This document shows, in pieces, positions 1 through 8,227 of a DNA stretch of 64,000 nucleotides (positions within the stretch are counted from its first letter, which is position 1; every line of letters starts with the position of its first letter). This DNA is from Candidatus Micrarchaeota archaeon (GTDB lineage: Archaea; Micrarchaeota; Micrarchaeia; Micrarchaeales; Micrarchaeaceae), in NCBI GenBank assembly GCA_021797895.1, contig JAJZYW010000001.1, forward strand, positions 25,506 to 89,505, read 5' to 3'. The position numbers were made by a program, and so were the translations under genes. The notes below the pieces were generated by a model. The model was not told where the DNA came from, ran no database searches, and saw only the letters and a program-made list of their open reading frames with translations.

Positions 1-948
1 TGCACCTCTTCCTTTCAGGTAGACGCTTGGATATTTCATGTTTATCTTGCTGCCTATGTTGCCATCTATCCATTCGACGTAGGCATTCTCGTACGCGAAA
101 GCCCTCTGGGTTACAAGATTGTAAACGTTCTTGGACCAGTTCTGTATGGTTACGTAGCGTATGTGTGCGTCTTTGTGTGCTACGAGCTCCACCACAGCTG
201 AGTGCAAGGACGAGCTCATGTATATTGGGGCGGTGCAGCCCTCTATGTAAGTGACTTCCGAACCTTCGTCCGCTATTATGAGGGTGCGCTCAAACTGACC
301 CGCCTTCTCCGAATTTATCCTGAAATACGCCTGGAGCGGGATTGTTACCTTTATCCCCTTTGGTATGTAAATGAACGACCCGCCTGACCACACTGCCGTG
401 TTCAGAGCCGCGAATTTGTTATCTGACGGCGGTATTACTGTGCCGAAGTATTTCTTCATCAGTTCCGGATATGATTTTACCGCAGTGTCTGTATCTGTGA
501 ATATGACCCCCTGCTTCTGGAGGTCCTCTCTTATGTTGTGATACACAACTTCTGAATCGTACTGCGCCTCCGCACCGGCAAAGAACTTCTTTTCGGCTTC
601 AGGTATGCCCAGCTTGTCAAAAGTGCGCTTTATGTCCTCTGGAACAGAGTCCCATGTACTGCCCTTCTTGTCTGTGGGGCGCATGTAGTAGAATATGTCA
701 TTGAAGTCTATCTTGCTGAGGTCTGCACCCCATGAAGGAGTTGGCTTCTGCTCGAACACTTTATACGCAGTGAGCCTTTTCTCAAGCATCCACTCGGGCT
801 CCTCCTTTATCCTGGATATCTCCCTCACTATGTCCTCGGATAACCCCTTTGCAGTCTTGTATTTGTATTCTATCTTGTCGCTGAAGCCGTACCTTTCAAG
901 ATACTCTTCATCATTGGACCCGACGAATTCCTCTTTTTGAGCAGTCAA
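1..948 (-). CDS. sufB: Fe-S cluster assembly protein SufB (partial; C-terminus lies beyond the window start)
   Basis: Not in the ORF track because it runs off the edge. Minus-strand translation from TTG at 948 (AGGTG Shine-Dalgarno-like motif about 5 nt upstream) reads [22 protein letters not shown]...PSWGADL...[20 protein letters not shown]...[26 protein letters not shown]...[14 protein letters not shown]. This is the conserved SufB core. Confidence 0.85.
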   Translation of the reverse strand, partial: MTAQKEEFVGSNDEEYLERYGFSDKIEYKYKTAKGLSEDIVREISRIKEEPEWMLEKRLTAYKVFEQKPTPSWGADLSKIDFNDIFYYMRPTDKKGSTWDSVPEDIKRTFDKLGIPEAEKKFFAGAEAQYDSEVVYHNIREDLQKQGVIFTDTDTAVKSYPELMKKYFGTVIPPSDNKFAALNTAVWSGGSFIYIPKGIKVTIPLQAYFRINSEKAGQFERTLIIADEGSEVTYIEGCTAPIYMSSSLHSAVVELVAHKDAHIRYVTIQNWSKNVYNLVTQRAFAYENAYVEWIDGNIGSKINMKYPSVYLKGRGA

Positions 949-1090
949 TAGAGCACCTTTATAACTCGGTTATAAAAGTGTCGGTGATGTTATTTAAAGG
1001 TTATGCAAGCAAAAAGAGAGACTGGTTCTCCGTATGCGCATTGACGCTGGCTTTTTGCGCGCAACATTGCGTAACAATTCCAGTGTATGG

Positions 1091-1098
1091 TTTTATAA
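1091..1098 (+). promoter_or_regulatory. TATA-like box (TTTTATAA) upstream of the P5C dehydrogenase gene
   Basis: AT-rich octamer 31-38 nt upstream of ATG 1129. The spacing fits an archaeal TATA box driving a leaderless or very short-leader mRNA. Confidence 0.35.
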
Positions 1099-1128
1099 CG
1101 TTAGCACACATATTTATACGGTGCTATA

Positions 1129-2757
1129 ATGCCTAGAGCGGCTTTTAGGAACGAATTTACGTACAAGAATTTTATAGAGCAGGGAAGGGAAAGCGAATTC
1201 CACAAACTTTTCGAGGATGCGATAGCAGTGGTGAAAGCGGATTTCGGAAAGACACACCCAATGTACATAGGCAACATGGAGGTAAAGGCTGACGGTCTTC
1301 TTGAGGAGCGGTCCCCAGTCGACAGGAGCATAGTGATAGGGAGATTTCAAAAAGGCAGGAGGGAAGATGCGCAGAAGGCGATTGAGGTTGCCAACGCAGC
1401 CTTCGCAGAATGGAAGGATACAGGCTACAAGGAAAGGGCGGCGATATTCTCGAAGTTCGCAGACTTGGTTTCAAAAAACAAATTTACCATCGCTGCTGCG
1501 CTGAGCTATGAAAACGCCAAGTCTGTATACGAGTCGATAGGCGAAGTTGACGAGGCAATAGACTTTGCCAGGTATTACGCAGGAGAGCTCCTTGCAAACA
1601 AGGGCTATTCAAGGAAGACCCTGCTCGGCGGCAGCAAAGCCAACGTGAGTGCTGGTTTCCAGGGCGCCCCGTCCGAATCCGAGAAGGTCATAATATCAAT
1701 GAAGCCGTACGGTGTGTTCGGCATAATAGCGCCATTCAATTTCCCAGTCTCAATATCCATGGGAATGAGCATAGGGGCCATGATAACCGGCAACACAGTA
1801 GTATTCAAGCCGTCCTCAACTGACAACATGACGATGCTAGTAGAGCTCATGCTGTACAAACTTTTGCGCGAAGCTGGCCTGCCCCCGGGAGTTTTCAACT
1901 ACGTAACAGGCCCGGGTTCGGAAGTCGGGGACGAGCTGGCGATGAACAAGAACGTAGCGGGCATAGCGTTCACTGGATCCAGAAACACTGGCCTCAACAT
2001 GATATCGAGGAGTTTCGGGAGGGGAATGCAGAAGGTTTTTGTCGTGGAAATGGGGGGCAAGAACCCCGCAATAATCTCAAAAAATGCTGACATTGATGCA
2101 GCGGTGAAGGGCGTTGCAGGAGCCGCATTCGGATTTGCCGGTCAGAAGTGCAGCGCACTTTCTAGAGTCTACGTCGATGAAAGTGTCAAGGAGGTCTTCA
2201 TAAGCAAGCTTATAGAAAAAGTAAGGGGGATGCGCGTCGGCAACCCCCTCAACAAGGACATCTATATGGGCCCGCTGATAAGCGAGAGCGCCTACAAGAG
2301 GTATGTGGAATCGGTAGACAGGATAAAGAATACGGGAAAGCTGCTTTACGGAGGGAAAAGGGTAGATGTGGGGCTGGACGGCTATTATGTCGAACCGGTG
2401 CTGGCAGAGCTGCAGCATTCGAATGAGCTGGTTCACAATGAGCTTTTTGTACCGATACTCGCAATCGTCGGATACAAAACATTCGACGAAGCCTTGCGCA
2501 TGGCGAATGACACAGATTACGGGCTCACTGCAGGGTTGTACAGCAGGAACAGAAAGGAGATAAAGCAATTCTCCAACGCAATCGAATCCGGGGTGGTGTA
2601 CATAAACAGGAGCATCAGCGCTACTACTGGAGCCATAGTCGGCCTGCACACTTTCGTAGGATGGAAGGGCAGCGGGCTGACAGGAAAGGGAACTGGAAGC
2701 ACCTTCTACCTCCAGCAATTTATGAGGGAGCAGAGCCTTTCGATAACAGAGGGATAG
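1129..2757 (+). CDS. 1-pyrroline-5-carboxylate (L-glutamate gamma-semialdehyde) dehydrogenase, aldehyde dehydrogenase superfamily
   Basis: 542-aa ORF with ALDH motifs FTGSRNTG, EMGGKNP (catalytic Glu) and GQKCSALSR (catalytic Cys). The overall pattern resembles RocA/PruA-type enzymes, and a proline dehydrogenase is encoded at 26541-27413. Confidence 0.8.
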   Translation: MPRAAFRNEFTYKNFIEQGRESEFHKLFEDAIAVVKADFGKTHPMYIGNMEVKADGLLEERSPVDRSIVIGRFQKGRREDAQKAIEVANAAFAEWKDTGYKERAAIFSKFADLVSKNKFTIAAALSYENAKSVYESIGEVDEAIDFARYYAGELLANKGYSRKTLLGGSKANVSAGFQGAPSESEKVIISMKPYGVFGIIAPFNFPVSISMGMSIGAMITGNTVVFKPSSTDNMTMLVELMLYKLLREAGLPPGVFNYVTGPGSEVGDELAMNKNVAGIAFTGSRNTGLNMISRSFGRGMQKVFVVEMGGKNPAIISKNADIDAAVKGVAGAAFGFAGQKCSALSRVYVDESVKEVFISKLIEKVRGMRVGNPLNKDIYMGPLISESAYKRYVESVDRIKNTGKLLYGGKRVDVGLDGYYVEPVLAELQHSNELVHNELFVPILAIVGYKTFDEALRMANDTDYGLTAGLYSRNRKEIKQFSNAIESGVVYINRSISATTGAIVGLHTFVGWKGSGLTGKGTGSTFYLQQFMREQSLSITEG

Positions 2758-2776
2758 TTTGCTCTTCTCAGCGGTG

Positions 2777-3172
2777 ATGAAGGCGATTTACAGGAGGCAG
2801 AAATATTCAACGGAGGAGCTGCACATTGGGAAATCCGCATACAGCGCCATCATAGCCGACAGCCCTACGAAAAGGAGCATAGGGCTGATGTTCAGGCATG
2901 AATTGGAAAGCCGGGAGTGCATGCTGTTCAAGTTCGATACGGCAGGCAGGTACGGCATATGGATGCTGAACATGAACTTCAGCATCGACATTGTCTGGCT
3001 TGGCAGCGATAAAAAAGTAGTGGACTTTGTGGAGAATGCTGCGCCATGCAGGTCGTTTTTCAAGTGCAGGACTTACACTCCGAATGGAAAAGCAGCATAC
3101 GTGGTGGAATTCGTTTCAGGCACGATAGGAAAAGAAAGGATAGCCAAAGGTAGCGTTATGGTTTTCGAATGA
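2777..3172 (+). CDS. DUF192 (COG1430) domain protein
   Basis: GLMFR...CMLFKF...GIWMLNMNFSIDIVWL pattern typical of DUF192. Start set at ATG 2777; TTG 2759 is also possible. Confidence 0.65.
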   Translation: MKAIYRRQKYSTEELHIGKSAYSAIIADSPTKRSIGLMFRHELESRECMLFKFDTAGRYGIWMLNMNFSIDIVWLGSDKKVVDFVENAAPCRSFFKCRTYTPNGKAAYVVEFVSGTIGKERIAKGSVMVFE

Positions 3173-3184
3173 GGGAAGAAGGCT

Positions 3185-3475
3185 TTACCTTCTCCTCCTC
3201 TTCTGGGGCTTTGCCCTCATGCTCTTTGAAGCCTTCTTTGCCTTCGGCTTGCTCTGCCTGCCCCTCCTGTTCATCTTTGTCCTTGCAACGTACCCATTCT
3301 TGTCTATGAAGTACAGGTACCCTTCCTCTCTCTGGATCTTCTCCGAGCTCACCTTGCCCTTTCTTCCGCGCGGGTTGGACCTCATCGGAGACTTCCATAC
3401 TGCGCCGTCCTTACCAAGATAGTAAAGATAGCCGTCTTCCCTGTCTACTCTTTCTCTTCCTACTCTCTCTGCCAT
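3185..3475 (-). CDS. Hypothetical small, highly basic protein with two tandem ~35-aa repeats
   Basis: 96-aa ORF. REDGYLYYLGKDGAVWKSPM...RGRKGK is repeated as REEGYLYFIDKNGYVARTKM...RGRQSKPK, and the C-terminus is KPQKRRRR. A TATA-like palindrome (CTATAAATTTATATAG) lies about 40 nt upstream. No family recognised. Confidence 0.55.
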   Translation of the reverse strand: MAERVGRERVDREDGYLYYLGKDGAVWKSPMRSNPRGRKGKVSSEKIQREEGYLYFIDKNGYVARTKMNRRGRQSKPKAKKASKSMRAKPQKRRRR

Positions 3476-3631
3476 TTAATTCACCGTTTTCATATCATTC
3501 TATAAATTTATATAGCTATCGTCAGAACTCCGTCGGAAGACCGTCGACACTTAAAAGACACTCCCTCGACAGGCTCAAGCCAAGCAGCTGCAGATGCTTG
3601 CGTCTTGCCGGGTCCAGGTATTTTGCACAAC

Positions 3632-3639
3632 TATTTAAA
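3632..3639 (+). promoter_or_regulatory. TATA-like box TATTTAAA upstream of PAC2 paralogue 1
   Basis: The octamer lies 31-38 nt upstream of ATG 3670. The same octamer occurs at 30734 and 60821 at similar distances from start codons. Confidence 0.4.
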
Positions 3640-3669
3640 GCTTGGCGCAAAATCAGTATTAGTGCTTTT

Positions 3670-4413
3670 ATGATAGAGATAAAAATGCAGAAAAAGAATC
3701 TTGACGGATACACGTTTATAGAGGGTTTCCCCGGAGCTGGGCTTGTCGGCCCGATGGCAATAAACTACCTTGTAGAGAAGCTTGGGATGGAAAATATAGG
3801 ATATCTGGAGAGCGACAAGTTCCCTCCGCTGATCTCGATACACGACGACGTTCCTATGCACCCTGTGAGGATTTACATATCGGAAAAATTGAAGCTTGTG
3901 ACAATTTTCGCTGAATTCGCAATCCCGATTGAGATGACTTTCGAGCTCAGCAACGCGGTCTATTCGGACATCATAAAGAAGGGAGGGGTAGACAGGGTCG
4001 TCTCGATAAGCGGCATACCAACACAGCAGGAGGAGGTGCCCAAGGACGTTTTCGGCGTGGCTTCCTCAAAGAAGCTTGTGAAGGACGTGATAGAGAAGAA
4101 CGGGCTTAAGCCGATAGGAGACGGCATGGCCACAGGAGTAAACGCGCTTATACTTGGAATGGCAATGAACGACAACATGGATGATATAAACATATTGGTG
4201 CCTATAAACCCGGCGCTCATAGACCCGGAATACGCAGTGCTTGCCATAAAGAGCATGAACAGCATACTGGGGGTAGACATAGACACTGCGGAACTTGACA
4301 AGGAGGCGAAGCTCGTGGAGTCAAAGGTCAAGGATATTATGAAGAAGACCAAGGAGACGCACGAAACTTACAAAAAGTCGTTGGATGACACAGGACCTTC
4401 GATGTATGCTTGA
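3670..4413 (+). CDS. PAC2-family (COG1938) proteasome assembly chaperone-like protein, paralogue 1
   Basis: The N-terminal motif IEGFPGAGLVGPMAINYL and the size fit the archaeal PbaA/PbaB-like PAC2 family. The TATA position favours ATG 3670 over the track start 3598. The C-terminus ...GPSMYA is HbYX-like. Confidence 0.75.
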   Translation: MIEIKMQKKNLDGYTFIEGFPGAGLVGPMAINYLVEKLGMENIGYLESDKFPPLISIHDDVPMHPVRIYISEKLKLVTIFAEFAIPIEMTFELSNAVYSDIIKKGGVDRVVSISGIPTQQEEVPKDVFGVASSKKLVKDVIEKNGLKPIGDGMATGVNALILGMAMNDNMDDINILVPINPALIDPEYAVLAIKSMNSILGVDIDTAELDKEAKLVESKVKDIMKKTKETHETYKKSLDDTGPSMYA

Positions 4414-4415
4414 TC

Positions 4416-4520
4416 GCGGGGGTGGCAGAGTCTGGTTTGGTCTGACGGCCACAGAAAAATGCGCAGGACTTAAGATCCTGTGGTCTAGCACCTTCGTGAG
4501 TTCGAATCTCACCCCCCGCA
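4416..4520 (+). tRNA. tRNA-Leu(UAA) with a ~17-21 nt intron in the D-loop region (non-canonical position)
   Basis: Acceptor GCGGGGG/CCCCCGC with discriminator A. Anticodon arm CAGGA-CUUAAGA-UCCUG, long variable arm (4481-4495), T arm GUGAG-UUCGAAU-CUCAC. The gene is 105 nt because extra sequence interrupts the D arm. CCA is not encoded. Confidence 0.85.
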
Positions 4521-4653
4521 CAAGGATACGGCATACGCCGCCGCCATTCCGTAAATCGTGCCTCAAGCACGCCCACATATATAAATAAATATCTGTATAT
4601 TAGTATAATGCTGGGCTTTTCGTATTATATTACACAAGTCTAAAGTGCATTTC

Positions 4654-6099
4654 ATGAATGAGAATTACTACGATGTAATTGTAGCAGGCTCTGGAATGGG
4701 CGGCACCCTCGCCGCGGCGATGGCGGTACGTGAAGGCGCTAAGGTGTTGCTCCTTGACAGGAATGACATTGACACCGCAGGAAAGAAGACCAATTGGGGA
4801 TGGGTCTGCGGAGATGCAGTGGCAGAAAGCCACCTGAAGTACATACGCGACAATGCCAAGGGACTGAGCTTCGGCTATCCTGAGCTCGACAAAAAGGTAG
4901 ACGGGGTGCTCGCACTATCTCCGGACCTTGAATCCAAGTTCATATTTGATGGAGAGGGCTATGTGCTCAACAGACCTCTTTTCGAGAGGAAACTGCTTGA
5001 GTACGCAATAAAGCAGGGCGCCGAATACGTGCCAAAGTTTGAGGTGGAAGGGCCGATAATAGAGTCCAACAGCGTAGTTGGCGTCTTCGGCAAGGACAAG
5101 GATACCTCGCACGCCAAGTATATGGCAAAGGTCGTGGTCGATGCACTCGGCATAGCGACAACGCTCAGGAGGAAACTACCGGAGAACGAATACGTTGACA
5201 GAATGATAGACATAGACGACATTGAGTCTACAGGGAGGTATATATACTCATTTGAGCCTGATCATGAGGACCCGAGATATTACGATCCCAAGAATGCGAT
5301 AATACACCTCAACCAGGAGCTTGCCCCTGGGGGTTATGGATGGGTGTTCCCGAAGAACGGGAACAGGGTGAACATAGGTCTGGGCGTACAGAAGAGGAGC
5401 CTGGAAACGAGAAACAAGAAGCTCGGCAAGAAGGACACCCTGCACTCTCTCATGGACGCTTACGTGGAGTATAATCCAGTGATAAAGAACGTGAAACTGG
5501 ACAACGAGAACATGAATGGGAAGGGCTACTGGTCCGTCGCGGTAAGGAGGCAGATGGAATCCCTAGTGTACAATGGCTACATAGGAGTAGGGGACAGCAT
5601 GGCGATGCCCAACCCCATAAGTGCCGGGGGTATTGGCCCTGCGATGGTATCTGGAATACTTGGCGGCATAAATGCGGCAAGAGCTGCGAAGAACGGCGAC
5701 ACAAGCATAAAGGCGCTTTGGAAGTACAACCTCGATTTCAACGAGGAGTACGGCAAGAAGACCGCCGGGCTTGAGGCGTTCAGGGTGTACCTGCAGTCGC
5801 TCAACAACGACCTGCTCAATTACGGAATGAAGATGTTCATAACAGAGAAGGAGGCGGTGGACCTCAGCTACGGGCGCATACCTGAGCTGAGCCTGGCTTC
5901 AAAGTTCAAAATAGCGCTGAAGGGGGCCGCCAACATAAAGGCATTCTCAAACCTCATATACACTGTGAGGAAAATGAAAACCTTCGACGAGCTCTATAGC
6001 AGGTATCCGAAAAGCACGGAGGGCTTCAAGGAGTGGAAGCTCAAGGTCCAGTCAGAGATGCACGACGTGAAGGAGAGGTTCCAGCCAAATCCGATATGA
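4654..6099 (+). CDS. Geranylgeranyl reductase-family FAD-dependent oxidoreductase (archaeal lipid saturase-like)
   Basis: FAD fingerprint YDVIVAGSGMGGTLAA...LLLDR, plus GGYGWVFPK and VGDS motifs typical of the geranylgeranyl reductase family. ATG 4654 preferred over GTG 4645. Confidence 0.75.
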   Translation: MNENYYDVIVAGSGMGGTLAAAMAVREGAKVLLLDRNDIDTAGKKTNWGWVCGDAVAESHLKYIRDNAKGLSFGYPELDKKVDGVLALSPDLESKFIFDGEGYVLNRPLFERKLLEYAIKQGAEYVPKFEVEGPIIESNSVVGVFGKDKDTSHAKYMAKVVVDALGIATTLRRKLPENEYVDRMIDIDDIESTGRYIYSFEPDHEDPRYYDPKNAIIHLNQELAPGGYGWVFPKNGNRVNIGLGVQKRSLETRNKKLGKKDTLHSLMDAYVEYNPVIKNVKLDNENMNGKGYWSVAVRRQMESLVYNGYIGVGDSMAMPNPISAGGIGPAMVSGILGGINAARAAKNGDTSIKALWKYNLDFNEEYGKKTAGLEAFRVYLQSLNNDLLNYGMKMFITEKEAVDLSYGRIPELSLASKFKIALKGAANIKAFSNLIYTVRKMKTFDELYSRYPKSTEGFKEWKLKVQSEMHDVKERFQPNPI

Positions 6100-6110
6100 A
6101 GGTCATTTGA

Positions 6111-6287
6111 ATGAAAGAATATACAAAGTTCGAAAAGGCGAGGGTTATAGGGGCAAGAGCTTTGCAGCTCGCATACGGCGCGCCGCCGCTGATAAAAGTC
6201 CCGGAGGGAATTGTCGACCCGCTGAATCTGGCGGAGCTGGAGTTCGAAAAGGGAGTCATACCTATAACAATAATAAGGCAGAAGTGA
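6111..6287 (+). CDS. rpoK: DNA-directed RNA polymerase subunit K (Rpo6)
   Basis: 58-aa ORF below the track threshold: MKEYTKFEKARVIGARALQLAYGAPPLIKVPEGIVDPLNLAELEFEKGVIPITIIRQK. It matches the conserved RpoK/Rpo6 core. Confidence 0.85.
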   Translation: MKEYTKFEKARVIGARALQLAYGAPPLIKVPEGIVDPLNLAELEFEKGVIPITIIRQK

Positions 6288-6291
6288 GCTG

Positions 6292-7059
6292 CTACTGCTT
6301 TTTCCTGAGCTCGGAGATGGTGCCGAAGTATTGGCCCTCCAGCGAGTATACAGACGCTGTCTCTGTTTCAAACACCCTGTTCTGGAGCAGCGGCCCGAGT
6401 CCGCGCGATTCTCCTTCGTTTACAGGATGGCCAAGTATCATGTCGTTGAATGCAGGCATTATTACAAGCTTTATGTCCTTGTTGAATTTGTGGTAGCGTC
6501 TATGCGCCTCTTCGGGATTGATGCCCGCTACGACCCACGCCTTCCTTGAGTACACCGCCCCGTTAAGATCCTTTATGGAAAGCGCAGCGTGGTTGTGCGC
6601 GGTTATGAGATACTTGGACTGCATAGCCTTTTCAGAGGGCCACGAATTCCCGTGAGTGAAGGAAAAGCTTCCGGTAGTCAGCTCGTCCACGATAGGCACC
6701 GAAAGCATATCGGACAGGTATGCATCGTGGTTTCCGCGCACCACAGTTATGTCGAGTGGCGAAAGGATGTTGAAGAAGTTTGAAACTGCAAAACGCTCGG
6801 ACGACTCGGGCCTAAGCACCTGGTCTTTTATATCGCCTAGCAGTATCGCCCTGGATGTGCCAAATTCGGAGGCTATGCGGAGTATGTCGCGCGCCATAGA
6901 AGCCGACATGTCGTACAGGTGTATGCCAAGCTTGCGGAGCTTTGACTCCATCCCTATGTGTATGTCTCCAACAACTATGGCGGAGCGTTTTCCTCTGCCG
7001 ACGGCCATCGCAGGCGATCCGTATACGAATTTTATTTCGCCGTTGTCTGTAATGGGCAC
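6292..7059 (-). CDS. Calcineurin-like metallophosphoesterase (COG1407-like)
   Basis: Motifs VVGDIHIG, LLGDIKD, VRGNHD, FTHGN and ITAHNHA, in the canonical order of the metallophosphoesterase fold. Confidence 0.75.
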   Translation of the reverse strand: MPITDNGEIKFVYGSPAMAVGRGKRSAIVVGDIHIGMESKLRKLGIHLYDMSASMARDILRIASEFGTSRAILLGDIKDQVLRPESSERFAVSNFFNILSPLDITVVRGNHDAYLSDMLSVPIVDELTTGSFSFTHGNSWPSEKAMQSKYLITAHNHAALSIKDLNGAVYSRKAWVVAGINPEEAHRRYHKFNKDIKLVIMPAFNDMILGHPVNEGESRGLGPLLQNRVFETETASVYSLEGQYFGTISELRKKQ

Positions 7060-7109
7060 GTATTTTTATATTTTAGAACTAATTTAAGTCTTGCCTGAAA
7101 GGTATTCCC

Positions 7110-8207
7110 ATGGTTAACATATCGCCTTACATAGGCAGCATATCAGGAATAAAGATACAGCTGCACTGGAGCTTCGTACTCCTTCTTGTATTCTCGCTTG
7201 TGCTGAGCCTCTACCTTTTTGCAGTCATAGTCCTTCTTTTCATATGCGTCCTGCTCCACGAGCTGGCGCACTCGATAACATCAAAGCGCAACGGCATAGG
7301 TGTGAAGAAGATAATACTGCTGCCGATAGGGGGCGCCTCTGTGATAGACATGGAGGAGATAGATCCAGACATAGAGTTCAGGATATCGATAGCTGGACCC
7401 ATTGCCAGCATATTCATAGGGGTGGCGCTCGGAGTTGCCGTTGTGCTCATACCTGGCGGCGCAGTAAGGCACCTCGTGCAGCTCCTCTTCCTGATAAACA
7501 TACTTCTAGGGGTGTTCAACCTACTACCTGGCTTCCCTCTTGACGGGGGAAGGGTGTTCAGAAGCTACGAGCAGAAGAAGCACAGCTTCTTCGACGCTAC
7601 GAAGATAACTGTTAAGCTGAGCAAGATAGTCATAGTGCTCTTCATAGTCGGAACCGTGATATACGCGGCTGTAGAGCCGGGATACACGTTCGCGTACAGG
7701 GAATTCGTAGTTTTCTGGGACATCTTGATAGCAATATTCCTTTACGGAGGTGCTCAGGCGGAATACCAGACCGCGTACGTAAGGGAGATGGCAGCTGACC
7801 TTAGGGTGAGGGATGCGGTAAGCAAGGACTTCGCATCAGTGAAGCCAGGAACCACTATAGGCGAGCTTTACAACATTTTCATGAAGTACCACACCCACGT
7901 AATCATAGTGGATTATGGCAAGAGCGTCAAGCTTGTCCAGGGGGTGAAAATGGGAACTTCTCTGAATCCAGGATACATGTCGAATACAGTAGACAGCTTC
8001 TGCACAGAGATACCGACCATAGGAATTAACAAGCCATTGCCAGCAGCCATAGACAAGATGAGGAACGAGAACACAGGCATAATAGCGGTGAAAGTAGGCA
8101 GGAAAGTTGTTGGAGTGCTTGTGGCGCAGCACGTCGAGTCCGTCATAGCGCTCCACATATCAAAGAAGAACGCTTCGGTCACTAATAAAAATCTTACAAA
8201 CAGATAG
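7110..8207 (+). CDS. Site-2 protease family (M50) zinc metalloprotease with C-terminal CBS-like domain pair
   Basis: HELAHS (HExxH) and NLLPGFPLDGGRV motifs sit inside hydrophobic helices. The soluble C-terminal ~130 aa resemble a CBS pair. Confidence 0.8.
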   Translation: MVNISPYIGSISGIKIQLHWSFVLLLVFSLVLSLYLFAVIVLLFICVLLHELAHSITSKRNGIGVKKIILLPIGGASVIDMEEIDPDIEFRISIAGPIASIFIGVALGVAVVLIPGGAVRHLVQLLFLINILLGVFNLLPGFPLDGGRVFRSYEQKKHSFFDATKITVKLSKIVIVLFIVGTVIYAAVEPGYTFAYREFVVFWDILIAIFLYGGAQAEYQTAYVREMAADLRVRDAVSKDFASVKPGTTIGELYNIFMKYHTHVIIVDYGKSVKLVQGVKMGTSLNPGYMSNTVDSFCTEIPTIGINKPLPAAIDKMRNENTGIIAVKVGRKVVGVLVAQHVESVIALHISKKNASVTNKNLTNR

Positions 8208-8227
8208 ATAAGCGAGGCGACTCACGG

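Noticed and set aside
950-1128. Imperfect inverted repeats in the sufB/P5C-dehydrogenase divergent spacer (around GCGCATTGAC...CAACATTGCG) as a regulator binding site.
   Set aside because: The arms are short and mismatched, and I could not define a convincing palindrome by eye. A genome-wide motif search would be needed before claiming a site.
3530-3600. Short direct repeat CCGTCG(N5)CCGTCG and a 5-bp palindrome (AAGCA...TGCTT) in the spacer upstream of PAC2 paralogue 1.
   Set aside because: They are too short to distinguish from chance in a 190-bp spacer, and no similar element recurs elsewhere in the window.
4321-4588. Three track ORFs (4321-4578 and 4337-4576 on the minus strand, 4385-4588 on the plus strand) overlapping the tRNA-Leu locus.
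   Set aside because: The region folds into a complete tRNA-Leu with conserved arms. The ORFs have no motifs and overlap the PAC2 3' end and the tRNA.
4520-4645. Integrated element or integrase next to tRNA genes (downstream of tRNA-Leu, Trp, Lys and Gly).
   Set aside because: All tRNA flanks are occupied by ordinary housekeeping genes within 1-50 nt. I saw no integrase, no direct repeat of a tRNA 3' end and no compositional break.
6107-6496. 129-aa plus-strand ORF spanning the rpoK region and the 3' end of the phosphoesterase gene.
   Set aside because: It is out of frame with the clearly conserved 58-aa RpoK ORF (6111-6287) and antisense to the metallophosphoesterase. Its translation is Arg/Ser-rich with no motif.
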